From contig OZ024741.1 in the NCBI GenBank assembly GCA_964016885.1, positions 311,054,001 to 311,118,000 of the forward strand: a DNA stretch of 64,000 nt, read 5' to 3'. This stretch comes from Eledone cirrhosa (lineage: Eukaryota). Made by a program: the position numbers and the translations under genes. Positions 35,988 through 49,179 of this stretch are shown here, one piece after another. Under the pieces are notes generated by a model. The model did not search any database. It saw only the letters and a list, made by a program, of their open reading frames with translations, and was not told where the DNA came from. Positions within the stretch are counted from its first letter, which is position 1. Each line of letters opens with the position of its first letter.

Positions 35988-38900
35988 TCTAATATATAAA
36001 GTGAAGTTGGGCGTTGTTGGTTTGTTTATTTGGTGTCCCAAACTTGCAGAACATTCATCCGATTTTCATGAAACTCGAACAAATCGATAATCGATATTTT
36101 CAAAAATCGTCGGATTTCAATGAAACTCAACGCAAGTGTGTATTTTGATCCGGGGATGAACGTGGGCTACATTAAATTGGATAATTGGATCACCAGAGGC
36201 AAAAAAGGATATTTACAAAATTTGTCCGATTTCAATGAAATTTGATATTACCTGAATAATAGATCCATTAGGAATTACTCCAAGGATGCACAAATTCAGA
36301 AAGATTTTTTAAACTCATAAATCATGCGTTAAATGAGACCTTTAAGAGTTAGGGCAGACAATTATTCATAGTTTAATTATCAATGGCACAATATTGTGGA
36401 AATATGCAAATCTACGCCTTTCTTTATGGGAGGCTTTACAAACAGATATTCAGGGTTCTTTGAGTAGAATTCTTAATTCTTAAATAATTGTACAGTCAAC
36501 ATATGACAGAATGTTTTTCATATTTTTTTCAAAAATCTTTCGATTTCAATGAAATTTAATGTGTATGTATTCGAACACAAGTACTTTTAGTTTACACCTG
36601 GCGCAATCAAAATCAATTTCATATGTCCATATAAGCACGCACACACTGTGACTCACGCGCGTTATTGATTGGACGGCCTGTCTATACCACGAGCAGTATG
36701 TTTTCTCAACGATAGATACACAAACAGGTATGCACGCACGTGCGAACCGCCTTTTTCTCTTTGTGTGTATCAGCTTTTTGTGAACAACAATAAATCCGGC
36801 CGTCTCACTAAACGGACCTTTACAGAATTTGCCCATTTACTTATCGGTGAGTTAGTGCTTATTTATTTAGACTACTTGCATGCCATTTCAGTTAAATTTA
36901 ATTCATTTTTCGCCTTCCTTAAATTTAAAAATCCCCATTGGGACTACTGGATTGTCGACATCTTAGCGTTAAACGTTTCATATTCCCTCTTATTCAAGTG
37001 CAAATACAGTATTATCCCTATCTGAAAGGATACCAAATTTAATGGTGTCTTTTGTGATGCCAAAAGCTAAAAGCGGTGAGTAAATTTTCAAACAGTCTTA
37101 AATAATCGTGCTTTTTGAAAAAAAATTTGCTAAATAATACTTTGACCAATTTGATTGGACACATACAAAGTTGTAAAAAATGTTACGCCCGTACCAATTT
37201 TTTCCTTTTTTAAACAAAAGGTTCTAAAAAATAACTTAATTCATAACACTACTGTCACAGCCTTTTGCACAGGAAGTGAGTAAGTTTTCGGGTTTTTAAA
37301 CGTAAGATCACCAGGGTTTGTGTCTTTTCCATTATTAGCCAACCTCTAATGGCATTTTTTGTTCTGTTTACGACTAAATGTTATGAACGTATTTGCAAAT
37401 TGCTGTTGTTCTTTAATTTTTTAATTAGTTGTCATAGACCATCTGCATGCAGTGCAATTGATTGCGCAAACGTACACACCTGCATGCAGATAAACACTGA
37501 CAGCTAATAAAAAAAGATAATTTGCTTATTAAGACATCGGTCAAAAAGAGAGATTGAATGTACTTTAGAAAATATTTTGAATATATTGTTCTTTTTGGCA
37601 TGATATGTCAGAAATATAGCAACTATTCACTTTGGTTATTTTTTGTAACTAAGAAACGGTTCCTTTTAGGTGGATACTTAACGAGAAAGATCCCAGGGTT
37701 TTGGACAAGTGTGTATCAGCAGTGTATAGACGCCAATTTTGTCACACCTTGGTCATGAATTCGTATTCTTTTCCAATAGATAGCGTATTTTCCGCTCTAT
37801 AAGGCTCACCGGGATATAAGGCGTATCATTTAAAATCAGGTCCGCGAAACGGCGTGTAAGGCCAACCAGGAAAATGCTATCTTCTTTACTTGTAGTCTAG
37901 ATCTATTACTTCTGAGAGCCGTGATTGATTACCATTGTATTATTTATACATAAGGCTCATCGGAGTATAAAGCGCAGAGCTGTTTTTTTATTAAATTTAG
38001 GTATTTTAAGTGCACTTTATAGGCCAGAAAATTTGGTAAGTTATTATAATCATATTTCCAAACCTTCCCTTCCCATTCACCAGTAACCATGCTAGCGAAT
38101 CTAGTGTCATCTCTCTCTGTACTTAATCACCCCTCTCTAACCTAACAGCTTCGTTACACGTCGTTAAGCCCACACGGAAACGTTCAAGACTTACCTCCAA
38201 AAAAGATACAGCTACTGCTTTGAGACGACGAATTAGGCGTTCTCTTGTATGCGTTGATTCACAATTGGTTAATCCTTTATGTAATATTCTCCCTTAATGT
38301 TAGCAAGCACTGCGTTTATCCTAACTGTCACCACTTTTAAGCACCTACAACATTCTAACCGTAGTTATATTAAATTTATTGTCTTACCTTGATTCCCTTT
38401 TGTTCATATTACACTTTTCTCATTTACTATTGGCACCGTCCTTTGGCTTAGCTAACCAGTAGCATCAATTAACTTTCTCTAGGAAACACCTGCTGAGCGC
38501 GAATCTCGACTCGCTGATAGACGTCTTTCCCGGATGGTTGAGTCACCAACATCTCGTACGGCGAGGCTTGCTGGTGTTCGCCTTCGTCGCCAACAAGCGC
38601 TGGCGGAGGAGTCACTAACATCCCGTACGACGCGGCTTGCTGGTGTTCGCCTTTGTCGCCAACTAGCGCTGGCGGAGGAGTCACCAACATCCCGTACGAC
38701 GCGTCTTGCTGGCGTTCGCCTTCGTCACCAACAAGCGCTTGCAGAGGAGTCACCAACATCCCGTCAGACGAGGATTGCTGGCGTTCGCCTTCGTCACCAA
38801 CAAGCGCTTGCAGAGGAGTCACCAACATCCTGTCAGACGAGGCTTGCTGGGATTCGCCTTCGTCGTCAACAAGCGCTTGGAGAGGAATCCACGGCAGAGA

Positions 38901-39250
38901 GAGACAACAGGCTTGCTGCTAAGCGTTCCCGGCATACATTAGCTACTGCTGCCAAGAGCTCAGGCTGGGTAAAAGCAGCCTTCAGATATAACCCCTCTGA
39001 GGATTACGGACTTCTGCCTACAGTTTCCATTGGCAAAATGGATAATGTCTGTACACCCTGCAAGGCAATGAAGTAGCCAGGCGAGGTACCTTCTATGTGG
39101 TGTGCAGGAGGTAAGGTGCAACTAGAGGTATTGGCTGACCCGCCAGACGTTCTTCTGAATCTACTTACAGGTGACGACACTACGGCTACAACGTTCCGCC
39201 GTAACATGTGAAAATACAACTCCTGTTTCATGAAGACCTCCTTTGGTGTA
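35988..39250 (+). mobile_element. Truncated Helitron: 5' end, subterminal repeats and start of Rep/Hel ORF
   Basis: 5' TCtaatatataaa; repeated cgatttcaatgaaa motifs (36060-36560); 60-bp coding tandem repeat (EESPTSRTTRLAGVRLRHQQALA, 38535-38900); then AAFRYNP..IGKMDNVCTPCKAMK*PGE..MWCAGGKVQL..FRRNM*KYNSCFMKTSFG, typical of Helitron N-termini. Linkage of the 5' end to the ORF is inferred. Confidence 0.75.
37781..38038. mobile_element. Tc1/pogo-type MITE
   Basis: Imperfect TIRs tagcgtattttccgctctataaggctcac / gtgcactttataggccagaaaatttggta, TA ends, internal taaggc.cacc repeats. Confidence 0.65.
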
Positions 39251-39617
39251 GACAATAACAATACCAACAACAGCGTGAGCCCCAACAACAACGTTGCACC
39301 TGAGATGCGCGGGAGTAACTTTCACACATTTTAACAACAGAGCAAAGGTCGACTTACACCCGAGCAACGTCAGTTTACGAGCAACTACCAAACTTTTACC
39401 AAACATTTTTGGTATACTTTTGAACATTTACGATACAGTCGCTTCCATTTGCTGTTGCCGAGACTAAGTAAGGGACATAGTCACTACTTTAAAACTCATA
39501 GCGAATGGCCTTCAAAATGTTTTTAATTAACATTTCAGAGCACTGATACTAATTCCCAATATACACACACACACACACAGATACACGCACACACACACAC
39601 ACACACACACAAATATA

Positions 39618-39648
<31 letters not shown>

Positions 39649-39732
39649 GGTGGTCTTTAATGCGAAGAAATACCAATGATAATCAGCAGACCACTGATGA
39701 TGGACAGTCCCGTTTCTCGGTTTATTTTCATT

Positions 39733-39797
<65 letters not shown>

Positions 39798-40164
39798 TTC
39801 TGCCAAAGAAATGGAGAAATTATCCAAATAAACTGAATGTGGATGACGTAAGTAGAAAGAATCCCTTCAATAAATAATCTGGGAATAAAATACTCATAGA
39901 CCGAAACAACGATAAACTTAATGGTTTAAATCAGATGCAGCCTTCAAGAAATTGCACAGCAAGGAAATGTTCGTGCCGAAGGTGCACATAATAGTGCTCG
40001 GCAATGCTGTGACGACAATCAACAAAAATAAAACTAATATGTGTGTCTATTTTGGCACAAAGCCAGAAATCTGAAGGGGAATGTGAAAGTGAATTAATTC
40101 GGCACCAGTGCGTTACTGGTGATGTATGCTATTGACCCTGTAAAGATGAAAGTTAAAGCTAGCA

Positions 40165-40560
40165 TGGATATCATCTGTCTCTCTACAGCATCATCCCTCA
40201 CATTGAAGACCACCGCACCCACCCACACCTTCTAGATTACGTTCCGCCACCTATTCTAGCACTTAGATGCTCCCCCTTGCTAAGCTCGTTTTCAACCTCA
40301 ACGGTTTTCCCCTTTCAGGAAAGAATTACCAACAAATTACTGGGATATCCTTGGTAAATTGAATGTGCCCGAAATACGCCGACTTGTTCGTCAGCTACAT
40401 CGAAGGTCAAATTTTCTCCCAGTATACTGCACCTACCCCTGAGCTATACGGCCGTTACATCGAGTATTCTATCGGCGCCACTTTTTTCTCCATGAACAGC
40501 TTGACTCCTCTCTATCTTTTGTCCAGTCTTTCCAACCCATCTTACCTCCATTATCTCCTT
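40165..40560 (+). mobile_element. Penelope-like RT fragment related to 25400-26000
   Basis: CPKYADLFVSYIEGQIFSQYTAPTPELYGRYIE versus GPNYANLFVGHVEVQIFAQYTGPTPKLYGRYID. Confidence 0.8.
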
Positions 40561-40759
40561 AAATAGGTTTAACTAGGTATACCTAGCAAGGGCAGAGGGA
40601 GAGAAACAATTGCTCATGTCCTTCGTCGCGTAGATCAGTTGAAGGAAGTATATCGGATTGCAAGAGAGTGTGCTAGAGAAAATCGTGAAATGATCGAAAT
40701 GGTAGTGGAACACCTATGCCGAAGAGAAGTACTTACTATGAGAGACTACTGAACGAAGA

Positions 40760-41158
40760 GAATAACTGGGACAGTAGATCTGACTAAGGGATCAGATAAG
40801 AAGTTGACAGCAGTGAGATAGATAAAGCAATTAAGACCATGAATGTAGAGAAGACCACTGGACCATCTGGTATATTTGTTGAGAGGCTAAAAGCACCCCG
40901 CATTGTAGGATATGTGCTAGTCGGACATATAGTTAATTAAGTAGTACAAGAAAGGTGTCATACCCAATGACTGCAGCAGCAAAGTTATTGTCAACTTCTA
41001 CAAGGACTATGAAGATGCATTAGAGAGAATAAGTACGGAAGTATCAAGTTGATGGACCATGTCATGAAATTTATTGAAAATGTTATTACATTAATTCGGG
41101 AGATAATCAAAGTAGATAAGATGCAGTTTGGATTTATGCAAGGCAGGACTACCAGTGG
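40760..41158 (+). mobile_element. Old RTE (BovB-like) element, left half
   Basis: EIDKAIKTMNVEKTTGPSGI..IKLMDHVMKFIE..IREIIKVDKMQFGFMQGR. Continues at 54519. Confidence 0.75.
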
Positions 41159-41159
41159 A

Positions 41160-42101
41160 TAAATGGTGCTAAATGCAAACCATTCAATGTGGGTGTCGGA
41201 TTCTGCGAAGGATCCGTCTTTCAGCTATCGTGTTCATTATTTACATGAAAATGATTGACATGCGCAGTCGGGCTGGAAGTTGTATCACGACTGGCAAGTG
41301 TAAAATCAGTCGGCTAGAATTTTCAGACGACACGATATTCCTTAACTCGGCAGAAGGTAATCACCGAATTGCACTCTGTAGGTTTGATGTCGAGTGCTGC
41401 ATTGCTGGAGTGAAAATCAATGCTGCGAAAACTGAGATACTCGTCGTCTTAAGGAATCTTGTGCCGTGCAATCTATATATGAATGGAGTTCCACTGAAAT
41501 TCAGGTATCTCGGAACGATGTTCACAAGTGATGGAACGCATGAGGCTGAATTAAGTGCAATAATTGCACGAGCTGGTGCTGCAATGTGCCAGATTCAGCC
41601 GTCGGTAATCAGAAGAATGGATATAGGTGAAAAATCCAAACTAGTTATCTTCAATACGGTATTCGTGTCAACACTCATGATGGTCATATATCTTGGGTAA
41701 TGACCAAACGAATATGATCGTGAATACAAGCGTTAGAAATGGGGTTCCTCCAAAAATGATTTCGAATAATATTACTCAGTAGAGTGCGTAGCTTGGAGAC
41801 CAGCTGTCCTTCCAGGAAGAGTCGTTACTTCTCCGAATTAAAAAATTACAGATACGATACTATATGCATGTGCTTAGAATGCCTCGGCAAAAATCTCTAG
41901 ATAGATTTTACGGGAAAACGCAACCGGTAGGAATCCCAGATACAGACACCGAGCAAGATGGTTAGATAACATCCATGAGCTCGTCTGATCTAGATTGGGA
42001 TCTAGCTGGATCATTTGGAGTCGGTTGCTTCTGACAAACCCACCGGAAGGAATGGTTGAAGACACTTCTCCCACCCTCTACCATCTTAGGTATATGAGGG
42101 C

Positions 42102-42138
<37 letters not shown>
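41160..42138 (+). mobile_element. RTE-type LINE (same family as 575-1200), 5'-truncated, (AAT)n tail
   Basis: ORF 41173-41700 (ISRLEFSDDTI, GVKINAAKTEILV, FRYLGTMFTSDG). Tail 42103-42138. Confidence 0.8.
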
Positions 42139-42140
<2 letters not shown>

Positions 42141-42387
42141 TTTCTTTATTAACCACAAGGGTTTACATAAAGTAGACATTAAGGACAGTGCAGGACAATA
42201 CAGGACGGTACAAATGGGCATTTCTGCGTGTAAAAAACAAAAACAGAGGATGTAACAAAAATAACAATGAAAAATTCCCCAATAGGGGGGAGACTTCGGA
42301 GGGACATTTGTGGAGAAAGCCCAGTAAAAGGCCACAATGACCCTGACCACCAAGGCAAGTGCCCTCTCCCAGTTTTCCACCTTTAAT

Positions 42388-45300
42388 TTACAGATATATA
42401 CTCAGAGTAGGCCCATTCACTCGGGCCATTCTTGCTTCTCTCACCCATCTTTCAACAAAATGCTGGGAAGAGAGCACTTCTCTCTCTACTCTGATTTTCC
42501 TTTTCAAATGAAATTTGAAAAAGTCAATCAGAGCATCACCGAAGAGGTAAGTGCTCGTCTTCAGCCCTTTCAAACGTGTCCACCATACTATCTCTTTCGC
42601 CATGGCCACCAGACAGATAAAAATTGCCTGCCCTTCCCGGCTAAAGGAGGAGGGCGGGGCAATCCTCACGATGGACTCAGATGATAGCCGGATCCGTCCT
42701 AAACGCGACAGCAGTTGTTCGATATAGACCCACAAGTCAGCAATTTTCGGACACTGGACGAGTGCGTGCAGGACGGTTTCGTCGCCCTGCGCGCATCTCG
42801 GACATGCCCGGCTGACGGCACCTCCATGCCTGTAGAGTTTATCCCGAACTGGCAAGGCTCCTCGGTAGCACTGCCAGGCCAGAGATTTCTGGAAGTTGTC
42901 CATAGGCCCTGGCCCGAAAGTTCTTCCGAAGAGATTGGCTAGTTGATTTTCGTCGACGCCTAGAGTTTCCCCAAGTACGTCGTCGCTCTTCCCCTCCACT
43001 AATCCTCTATAGAACGCCGAGGTGGAGTTTCCACCGATCACATTGCCCGATTGGTCGAGGGCTGTGAGCGCCTGAAGACATTCCAGTCTCCAGGCGCTCC
43101 CTCTCGGTCTTCGCTTGACCCAGGACTGCAGCTCCGTCAAGGAAACGAGCTGGGGGAAATACGTGTCTAGCAAACGGCGACCACACCTGATCACCGTCGA
43201 GGAAGAGGTGGAGATGTCGTAGCCTGAGCGCATTCCTGCGCATCGTCAGCCACGGCATGCCCAGCCCTCCACGAAGCGGGTGTTGACAACAGATGGACGC
43301 CTGACCATCGGAGCGCGTCCCTTCCACAAAAAGCGAAAGAGCAAACAACTCCAGCGCAGTCAGGCGAGGCTTAGGACAAGGTACGACGGTCAAGCGGTAG
43401 CAGATGACAGACGCGATGTACGCGTTAGCCACCTCCGCTCGACCTTTCAGGGATAGCTTTCTCTCCGCCCATTTCTGGGTGAGAGAAGCCACCATGCTCG
43501 TCACCTCGTCCCAGTTTTTGTCCGTCTGGAGGTCCGGACCGAACCAGACCCCTAGCAATTTAACCGGTCCGTCCGTCCAGCGTCCGACGACGCTGTTGGA
43601 CAGCATGGACCTGCCTCTCCAGGTGCCGAGCTGCAGGCCCACTGACTTTTCCTGGTTGATCATTGCTCCTGTCACCGCTTCGTATTCTCTTAGTGTAGTG
43701 CCGATCGCCTCGAAGTGTTTGGCGTTCGACACCACTACGGTGACATGGTCCGCATATGCTGACACGGATCTTCCGCATCCTAGTTCGCGCGGGACGCCCG
43801 TCAACGTCTCTAGTTTGTGCAGTAATGGCTCGAGAGTCAATACGTACAAGAGGGACGAGAGGGGACATCCTTGGCGGACCGAGCGCATGATGTTGAACAT
43901 TCCGACAGGTGACCGTTCACTCTCACCACAGAGCAGATGTCGCTGTGCATGGCAGCGATCCAGCCTCTGAAGACGGGTCCAAAGCCAGCCGCCCTCAGGA
44001 CTGCCGCTAGATAACGATGGTCGACCCTATCGAAAGCTTTCGACTGATCTAAATTGATCAAGGACCCACCCGTGCCAGGCTCCCTAGCTACCCTCTCTAC
44101 GATGTATCGCATGAGGTGGAGGTTGTCGTGGATGGATCTGTCGGGAATGGCGCATGTCTGCGCCTCTCCCACCAGACCATCAACGACAAGCGCCAACATC
44201 TTTGCTAGCACCTTGGCCAAAATCTTGAACTCTGTGTTTAGCAGAGTTATGGGCCGGAAATTATCTATGTTATTCCCCTTGTTCGGATCCTTTCTCAGCA
44301 GTGACACCGCTCCTCGGCTCATAGAACTGGGAATTCTCCCGTTCTGTTGCCAGTTGCAGTAGACGTCCGCCAAGAGGCCTCCGAACAAGTCTGGCATCTG
44401 TACGTAAAGTTCATAGGGCAGACCATCCAAACCAGGCGATTTACCCCTTGTGCAGCCAGTCATTGCCTCCCTTACTTCAGCGGCTGTTATCGGCTTTTCG
44501 CAACACTTCGCCTCAGTGGCCAAGAGCCGCGGCAGTCCGTCGAGGTAGACACTAAAGTCCATCCCTCGACCCGGCCCACCGCTGCCCCCGAACAGCTGAG
44601 CGAAGTGTCGCTGAAAAGCTTCACACATTTGCCCGGGATCGAGTAGCATGCGCCCGTCGTGGTCCACCAAAGACCGGATCGTGGCTTTGTTGCCACGATG
44701 CGCCTCCGCCACTCGGGCCCATTGAACGGCTTTCGTCCCCTCGTGTCTGAGAGCACGCACCCTTGCTCTGACAACGCAGCCTTCGTGCTTTGCATTGAAG
44801 AATTGGTCAAGGGCCAATTTCGCCGCAAGCACGTCGGTCGCAATGCCTTTGCTAAGCGCCTCGTCTAATTTTCTAACTAGTTCTCCCTCTGCTCTATTTT
44901 TCTCTATTAATAAAGCCTTACTAAACCTAATGGATTCTATTCTAATCGCTCTTTTCAGAGCAAACCACCACTTGTTGTTGACGATGGCCACCGTCAACGC
45001 CCGCTTAACTAGTTCGCTAATCCGGTCTCTGTAGGCCTTGCGCGCTGGTAAGGACGCGTTTACCTTCCAGTAGCCGGGTCCTCGTCTTTGAAGCCTATCT
45101 AAGTCAAGCACACAGATCACGAATTTGTGGTCCGTGTAGCTGACTATCTGGAATTGTGGACAGCCTATGCTAGACCTATCTGTTTCCCTACAAAATACTC
45201 TATCAAGATATGATCTGGATGACCCTATGCGATTTGTCCAAGTCCACATTGGCGCATTCGGGAAATCCAATCGGTACCTGTCAGACAGTTCAAAACGCCT

Positions 45301-45807
45301 GAGCAGGTTGGTGAGGCTCTTGCACCCTCCACTCCTATCCGCTAATCCCACACAGTCCCAGCGTGCATCTAAGATCCCGTTCCACTCGCCCACTAACACT
45401 AAAGAGCGGGACGTTCCAAGAAAGGTCTCCAGACGCCGGAAGAAATCAGGCCGCCCTGCTCCTGTCGGGGCATAGACGGCCACTAACCTGAAAGCTTGCC
45501 CGTCTCCGCTGGTCACGTCCAGCACCACCAGCTTACCCTCTGGGTCCAGGAAGATGGCCCGTATGGCGAGATCCAAACCTCTCCGAAAAAGCACAGCAAC
45601 TCCTCTCCCCGATCCAGGACGGCTGGGAGATGCGTACACATCGTAGCCGCCGAAGAACGGTGCGAAGGCCCGTGCTTCGGAGATTCTGGTCTCGCTGATG
45701 GCCACTACATCTATGTTTAGTGACCTGAGGTCGTTGAGCAGGTGACCCTGCTTCCATGACGACCCCAAGCCACGCGCATTTATGCTGCCTATTCTGAGTG
45801 AGGTCAT
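42388..45807 (-). pseudogene. Tx1 ORF2 (APE endonuclease, RT, C-terminal zinc finger), frameshifted near 43900 and 43250
   Basis: SINARGL, SETRI, VYAP, GEWN, RSYLDR, YTDH; KSPGLDGLP, FRPITLLN, LDQSKAFDRV, RQGCPLS, YADH (YADD expected); CPRC..ETVLHALVQC. Confidence 0.9.
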
Positions 45808-45842
45808 GTTTAAAATAGAGTGGAAAAGATGGGAAAGACCAC

Positions 45843-47944
45843 TTACCGTACTTTTGGTAGAGGAGGGATGGTTTTTACATCCCTTTTCACTTGAACGTCT
45901 GGTGAAGGGACCGTTGAATCGTCCCTTCGGCTGGTCGTCGGCTCTTCTAAGAGAATGTCTGAATATACTCTTCGATTGATAGTTCCTCCTAGGTCCCTGA
46001 AATCACCAACTGCGTTGGGGAATTTCGTTTTACTGTTTGTGTATTGTTTCTGTGCTATTTTTAGCAGTCTTATGTTAGTTGGCGTTTTGATTGGTGCTGG
46101 TATTATGTAGTCGTGTTGCGAAATGTCTGTGTGTTCAATTATGTAAGTTATTAGTTTCTTGTTGTGTGTATTTATTGCCGTGCATTTGTTTTTCTGGGGG
46201 TGGGGTGTGGTTCTGCTATTTTCTTGTCGTTGTTGCTGGGTGTGTGTGTTTTGTTGTTGTGTTTGCGATGTTGGTGCTTGTGGTGGTGGTGTTGAAGGTG
46301 TTGTTGGCGGTGGGGTTGTCGCCGGTGGTGATGGTGGTGCTAGTGTGGGTGATGATGGTGTTGGTGGTGTTGCTGCTGTGGGTCTCTTTGCAGTAGACTT
46401 TACCCTTTTCTCATTTCTTTCCTCCCTTTTCAAAGGCGACGATGCGCTGCTTCTGCGTTTGTGCCTTCTTACGACCTTTTGCCATCTCTCTCCCACCTCA
46501 CACTCCATGTCTGATTCTGTGAGGTCGGGGAGGGGTACCAGCTCCACTCTTTCACTTGTTGTTGTTGGTGATGTTTGCACTGGAGTCTCTGTTGCAGCTG
46601 CATTTGGTATTGCTGTTGTTGTTGTTAATATTTCCACTGCTGCTGCTGTTTTTGATTTCCGTGGCGTGGGTATGGGTGCCACGGACCTATCGTTCCTGGT
46701 TGCCGCTTGTCCTGTTGCTGGTAGCCATGGAGCCGGTTTCGGAAAGAGGGGGGGGTCTCCTTTCTCAGGGTCTTCTCGTTGCAGAAGGCCCTGAGGTGAG
46801 TCTTCGATCCACAGCGAAAGCATTTCGGGCGTTTTCCTTCAACACTTATGGGCAGTTGAGTGCCGTTATCGAAGTCTATCACATCCGGGATAGCTTCGAT
46901 GCACTCCTGGTTGGTTCGGATTAGCATTTCAATGGAGGTGCCAACCCAATCTTCTCTTACTTTTTTCTGTACTTGCAGTACAGTTGATTTGTCCTCGATT
47001 CCGACGAGGACAGACGCGGCCAGCTAAGAAGGGGCCATCCCGGGGGGGACGTGGGTCAGTTTGACCCTCACAATTTTTTGCCCGCAGTAGGAGGGCACCA
47101 ACACCATTTCCTCGCTCCTTAGGGTCACTACGGATTGGGCCTTTGCCTCCTGGGGTGTGGCAAAAAGTACGTCTACGGTGGCATATTTTTTTCCTCGGGT
47201 GATGTGCGTTTTCCGCTGCCACACAGACCCCAAGGCTTTTTGTATTTGAGCCTCTGTGACTCTTTCCACCCTACGGGATTTTCTACTTACTGTACGGTAC
47301 GTGACCGTACAGTGCTGTTGGGTTTCGAAAAATTTTTCCGCTGCCTTGCAGATTGCTCGGTGTCCAGTCTTTGTCACCATCTTCTTCGCTTCCTCTAATT
47401 CCTCATTTGTTATGAGGATTGTTTCCAAGTTTTTCGCAATACCTGCAAATGAGATTGGTTTTTCTTTGCTGCAGTTGTTGTTGTTGTCGTCAGAGCTGCT
47501 GTTACTTTTGTTGTTGCTGCAGGTACTACGACTACTGCCTCCGCCGCTGTTGCTGTGGTTGTTGTTGGTGTTGCTGCTGCTAATGCTGTTGTTGTTTATG
47601 CTGCTGGTGATGCTGATGCGGCTGCTACTGTTGTTTTCATTGTCATTGTTGCTGTTGTTATTACGGCTGCTACTGCTATTATTCCTGACGTCAGACGAAT
47701 GAACTGGGTTTTCGTATTTCCCGCACACCTGTTTCGTCGCTGTCGTCGTCGTCGTGGAGAAACCTTGCACGCTTTGCACGAGACTTTTCTTTTCTTTCGT
47801 CGCTTGCGAAAGAGAAGGGAGGGAGAGAGACACATTTAAAGAAGGGAGGGAGAGAGACAATCATCTCTCTGCTGTAGTGACGATTGAGGAAAAAGAAGAC
47901 GGAATGAGTGGGAGTGACCTATGCAAATTCTTTTTCGTAGCCAT
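45843..47944 (-). pseudogene. Tx1 ORF1 (Gag-like, CCHC knuckle), disrupted
   Basis: ATG at 47944 is in frame with ORF 47024-47860 but codon 28 is TGA. Zinc knuckle CFRCGSKTHLRAFC in 46625-46927; Pro/Thr/Gln-rich tail 45843-46823. Confidence 0.75.
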
Positions 47945-48175
47945 GTTGTTTTTTTGTTAAAAATAAATATTGGGTACAAAACCCCAATAAGCAGTTATTT
48001 AACCCCGAAGGGCCAAATAACGGGCAGAAAGACCCCTCTCACGAGGAGGAGGGTGTTTTTGTCTACAAGTTCGTTAAAGTTTTAAACAATTTACAATTGT
48101 TATAGTGTTCAAAATTTACAATACCTTACAGAGCCGAGCCTCCGTCAACCATAGCATTCAATAATAATAATAATA

Positions 48176-48221
<46 letters not shown>

Positions 48222-48492
48222 GGGAAGAAGACGCACGAGGTGGCGGAGGTCATGAAATCGCTCCCGTAAGTTTTGAATTTTTAACATATTTAAATCATTT
48301 GTGAAATAACAACTCTTAGTACAAATGCTACGTAAAGCACCCGGCTTGAGCCCCCAAAAATTCGGACCCAAAATATATTGTTATAAGGCTCAAATATTCA
48401 AATATTCAACTTTGTATTGTACACTGTATATCCCCCCCCCAAAAAATGGCTATAAATGGAAGAAGAACCCCCCCCCCACCTCTCCTCTGTCT

Positions 48493-48584
48493 ACACTATA
48501 TAGAACAGCCAAACTCACCAACACCAGAAACTAGATACACTATATAGAACAGCCAAACTCACCAACACCAGAAACTAGATACAC
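48493..48584. repeat. 44-bp exact tandem duplication
   Basis: acactatatagaacagccaaactcaccaacaccagaaactagat at 48493 and 48537. Confidence 0.9.
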
Positions 48585-49179
48585 CACCCACCTCATCACC
48601 TGTGTACACTAAACACAACAGCCAGATAACGGCAATTTCACCACCACCGCTCACTACTGCCATCATTACCACCACTATCCCATCACCGCCGCCACCACTC
48701 TTCACTCCTTCACTGACCACCACTGCCTCGGTATCGACATCACCACCACCACTGTCTCAGTATCGCTACCGCCGCCAGTCCCCCACTTCACCCAGCTGGC
48801 TGCTGCCACCACATTATAGAATTCCTACTACTAAAAAAGATGAAGGCATCAAAATATATAGATAGACTCAAAAGAAAAAAGAAAAAAACAAACAATAAAA
48901 CCAAAGCAGCACAGCAACAACAGCAAAAAACGAGAAAACAAACAGAGGAAAACAAAAACAAAAAAAAACAAAACAAAAAAAAAAACGTAAAGAAAATAAG
49001 AATGAAGAGAGAAGCAGGCGGGCGGACAGAGAAGAGAGGGGAAAAACTAAAACTAAAAAAAACAAAAACTAAGTCAGACATTCGAACACTACATTACAAT
49101 GAAACTTATGCTTATTCATTTTTGGGGTCCTTTCTGCCTGTGTGTTTGTTTGTTTATGTGTGTTCGTATACAGCGTGTT

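Larger units (their letters stand above)
42140..48160 (-). mobile_element. Near full-length Tx1/L1-clade LINE (~6 kb) flanked by (AAT)n on both sides
   Basis: Two ORFs (Gag-like ORF1; APE-RT-zinc finger ORF2), 3' AATAAAgaaat, and (AAT)n at 42103-42138 and 48160-48221. Confidence 0.92.

Noticed and set aside
38535-38900. Regular 60-bp repeats as a possible CRISPR array
   Set aside because: No unique spacers or cas genes; an in-frame coding repeat leading into Helitron motifs.
43404-45475. Plus-strand ORFs overlapping Tx1 ORF2 (and minus-strand ORFs over Dong)
   Set aside because: Antisense shadows of transposon coding sequence with no recognisable motifs.
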